NCBI GenBank assembly: GCA_038742305.1
Contig: JAVYKI010000002.1
Coordinates: forward strand, 1,013 to 65,012
Origin: Candidatus Aenigmatarchaeota archaeon
GTDB lineage: Archaea; Aenigmatarchaeota; Aenigmatarchaeia; CG10238-14; SpSt-28
DNA: 64,000 nucleotides
Direction: 5' to 3'
In this document: positions 62,344-64,000 of the stretch, in pieces
Position numbering within the stretch: position 1 is the first letter of the stretch
How the letters are laid out: every line of letters begins with the position of its first letter
Program-made: the position numbers and the translations under genes
Notes under the pieces: generated by a model
What the model was told of the DNA's origin: nothing
The model's input: the letters and a program-made list of their open reading frames with translations, nothing else
Databases searched by the model: none

Positions 62344-62961
62344 TTAAAGTAAGTTTTTAGAAAATAGTATACAAACGACTTTTATATTAACTTTTGGTTT
62401 TCTATGAAATTTAAACAAATATTTTATTGGAAAATCAAAAAATTTATAATAAATAATTTTAAATCCTTTATCTTCTGAAAACTTTTTTAGAAATTCTAGA
62501 TTTTCTTTTGTGCCATGATGAATAGAAAAGATTAAGTCAGAATTGTTAAATGCAAATTCCAAAAATTTTAAATCATTATAATTGCCTCTAAATCCAAAAG
62601 GCGGGTTTTGAACTATTAAGTCAAATTTTCTTTTAAATTTTATATTTTCAACATTTCCAATAATCAAGTAAATATTTTTAGCATTAATTTTTTTAATATT
62701 TTCTCTAGCAATTTTTATAGCTTCTTTATCTATATCAAAAGCAATTATAAACTTAGGATTAAAAAAAGATAATGCTATTGAAATTTTTGCAGTTCCACAA
62801 GCAGGTTCTAGAATTATTTTATTTTCGATTAAATTGTTCAAATTTAAAAAATTAACTATTTCTGCAATTATATTAGAAGGGGTTTCATATTGTTCTAATT
62901 CTACTTTTGGATTTTCAAATTTCTTCAAACTTTCCAAAATAATTTCTAATTCCTTCTTCAT
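62344..62961 (-). CDS. N6-adenine RNA/DNA methyltransferase-like (METTL5/COG2263-type).
   Basis: LEPACGTAKISI, DIDKEAI, VQNPPFG. Confidence 0.7.
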   Translation of the reverse strand: MKKELEIILESLKKFENPKVELEQYETPSNIIAEIVNFLNLNNLIENKIILEPACGTAKISIALSFFNPKFIIAFDIDKEAIKIARENIKKINAKNIYLIIGNVENIKFKRKFDLIVQNPPFGFRGNYNDLKFLEFAFNNSDLIFSIHHGTKENLEFLKKFSEDKGFKIIYYKFFDFPIKYLFKFHRKPKVNIKVVCILFSKNLL

Positions 62962-63889
62962 AAGTTAAAAGGTCTGAAAAGTTAATAAATGGTATTTTAT
63001 ATCTTTCAATATCATCGAAAATTCTTGGGCAAGCAATATTAACTAAACAATTAACGTTTATTCCATAAAGCTTTTCTGGTAATATTTCATCCATTACAAA
63101 AACATAAACTTTTTTCCCAAGTTTTTCTAGTATTTCTTTAACTTTAAAAGGATTAAAAAATATTTGACCTTTTTTCCAACTAACTAATAATCCAACTTCT
63201 TTTGCTTCTCTAAACTTTACAACATTCCAAGCAATAATTTTTTCATATTTTTTCTTTTCTTCAGTAATTTCTTTAATTTCTTCTTTTTCTAAATCAAAAA
63301 CATAAACTGGCTTATTAGTTTTTAATAGCAATCCAACAGGATAAAATTTTCCTTCTGTTATAACTAAAAATATATCTACTTTATTTTCAATAACTTTTGC
63401 AGCAGAAACATTGCAACCTAAAATTTGAGATTCATATTCTAAAGTTTTTGCAGAAAGAACATTAAATCCAAAATTTTTTAATATTTCTTTTATTTTTTCT
63501 ACATATTTTACATATTGCAAACTACTAACAATTCCAATGTTTTTAAAACTTTTTATTTTTTCAACTTCTCTTTCAAAAACTTTTAACTTTTTTTCATTAA
63601 CATTAAAAATAAAGTGAACATAATAAGTTTCTATTTTACTTTTTACTCCAAAATCTGCATGTCCAATATGAACTAAAGCATCACAATTAAATCTCAAAGC
63701 TTCATCATCTTTTAAATCGCAAGCTCCATAAGTTGGCTCTAAACTTAATAAATACTTTACTTTGTATTTTTCAAAAATTTCACAAATTTGTTTTGCATAA
63801 ATTTTTAGCCCATCAGCAATTTGTACAAAAACTTTTTTATTGCTTAATTTTTTTGCAATTTCTTCAATTTCCTCAAACATTATTTCCAA
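62915..63889 (-). CDS. dph2: Diphthamide synthase subunit Dph2-like.
   Basis: Size and Cys-containing pattern (YGACD...), together with the Dph5 context. Confidence 0.5.
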   Translation of the reverse strand: MEIMFEEIEEIAKKLSNKKVFVQIADGLKIYAKQICEIFEKYKVKYLLSLEPTYGACDLKDDEALRFNCDALVHIGHADFGVKSKIETYYVHFIFNVNEKKLKVFEREVEKIKSFKNIGIVSSLQYVKYVEKIKEILKNFGFNVLSAKTLEYESQILGCNVSAAKVIENKVDIFLVITEGKFYPVGLLLKTNKPVYVFDLEKEEIKEITEEKKKYEKIIAWNVVKFREAKEVGLLVSWKKGQIFFNPFKVKEILEKLGKKVYVFVMDEILPEKLYGINVNCLVNIACPRIFDDIERYKIPFINFSDLLTYEEGIRNYFGKFEEI

Positions 63890-64000
63890 ATTTCCTCTTC
63901 TTCGTTTTTTAATTTTTTAATCCATCTAGAAATTACAAAAAGCAAATCTGACAATCTATTAATATATTTTAAAATGTTTTCATCAACATTTTGCTTTTCA
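63887..64000 (-). CDS. Partial CDS (C-terminal end): PduO-type ATP:corrinoid adenosyltransferase-like.
   Basis: Hand translation of the minus strand gives ...ILKYINRLSDLLFVISRWIKKLKNEEEEIWK*. Confidence 0.45.

Overview
This window is a strongly AT-rich segment (roughly 25-30% G+C by eye) of what is clearly an archaeal chromosome. The proteins are rich in K, I, N and E. Genes are tightly packed, with many 1-30 nt overlaps, which fits a streamlined genome such as a DPANN-like archaeon; that assignment is an inference, not a verification. About the first 11 kb is one enormous minus-strand reading frame that runs off the left edge of the window, with at least 3,689 codons inside the window. It has an N-terminal signal peptide, a beta-helix region with tandem Gly-rich repeats, many Asn/Thr-rich Ig-like modules (with YGKAILLPDN and DSNGNYSYTF motifs and a dockerin-like DNDNNGICD loop), a single TM helix and a C-terminal cytoplasmic HerA/FtsK-superfamily P-loop ATPase. 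An in-frame TAG interrupts it at 9714-9716, exactly at the junction of a near-identical intragenic duplication. Next comes a divergent wHTH + MinD/ParA pair, then the conserved archaeal block rps7-rps12-nusA-rpl30e-rpoA''-rpoA'/rpoB'-rpoB''-rpoH. In that block rpoB' and rpoA' are fused into one 1424-aa ORF. The remaining genes are lipid/prenyl genes (GGR-family reductase, UPP synthase), tgtA, glyS, an intron-containing tRNA-Ser(CGA), an mre11-rad50-metallophosphoesterase operon, aIF5B, PEBP, orc1/cdc6 with an intron-containing tRNA-Gln(UUG) and an AT-rich candidate origin, a COG1373 AAA ATPase flanked by a ~37-bp direct repeat, SRP54, TtuA/NcsA, RNase Z, Rqc2/NFACT, GDH, a TatD + HerA-like ATPase overlapping pair, rpl44e-rps27e, a FlaI/VirB11-like secretion ATPase surrounded by three paralogous small polytopic membrane proteins and two coiled-coil proteins, diphthine synthase, a PPP phosphatase, trpS, tyrS, two divergent GT2 glycosyltransferases, an MBL-hydrolase + Lhr helicase operon, trm112-cbf5-rpl14e, a CBS protein, a DUF151 nuclease, a METTL5-like methylase, dph2, and a partial PduO-type adenosyltransferase at the right edge. 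No CRISPR array, IS element or integrase is evident.
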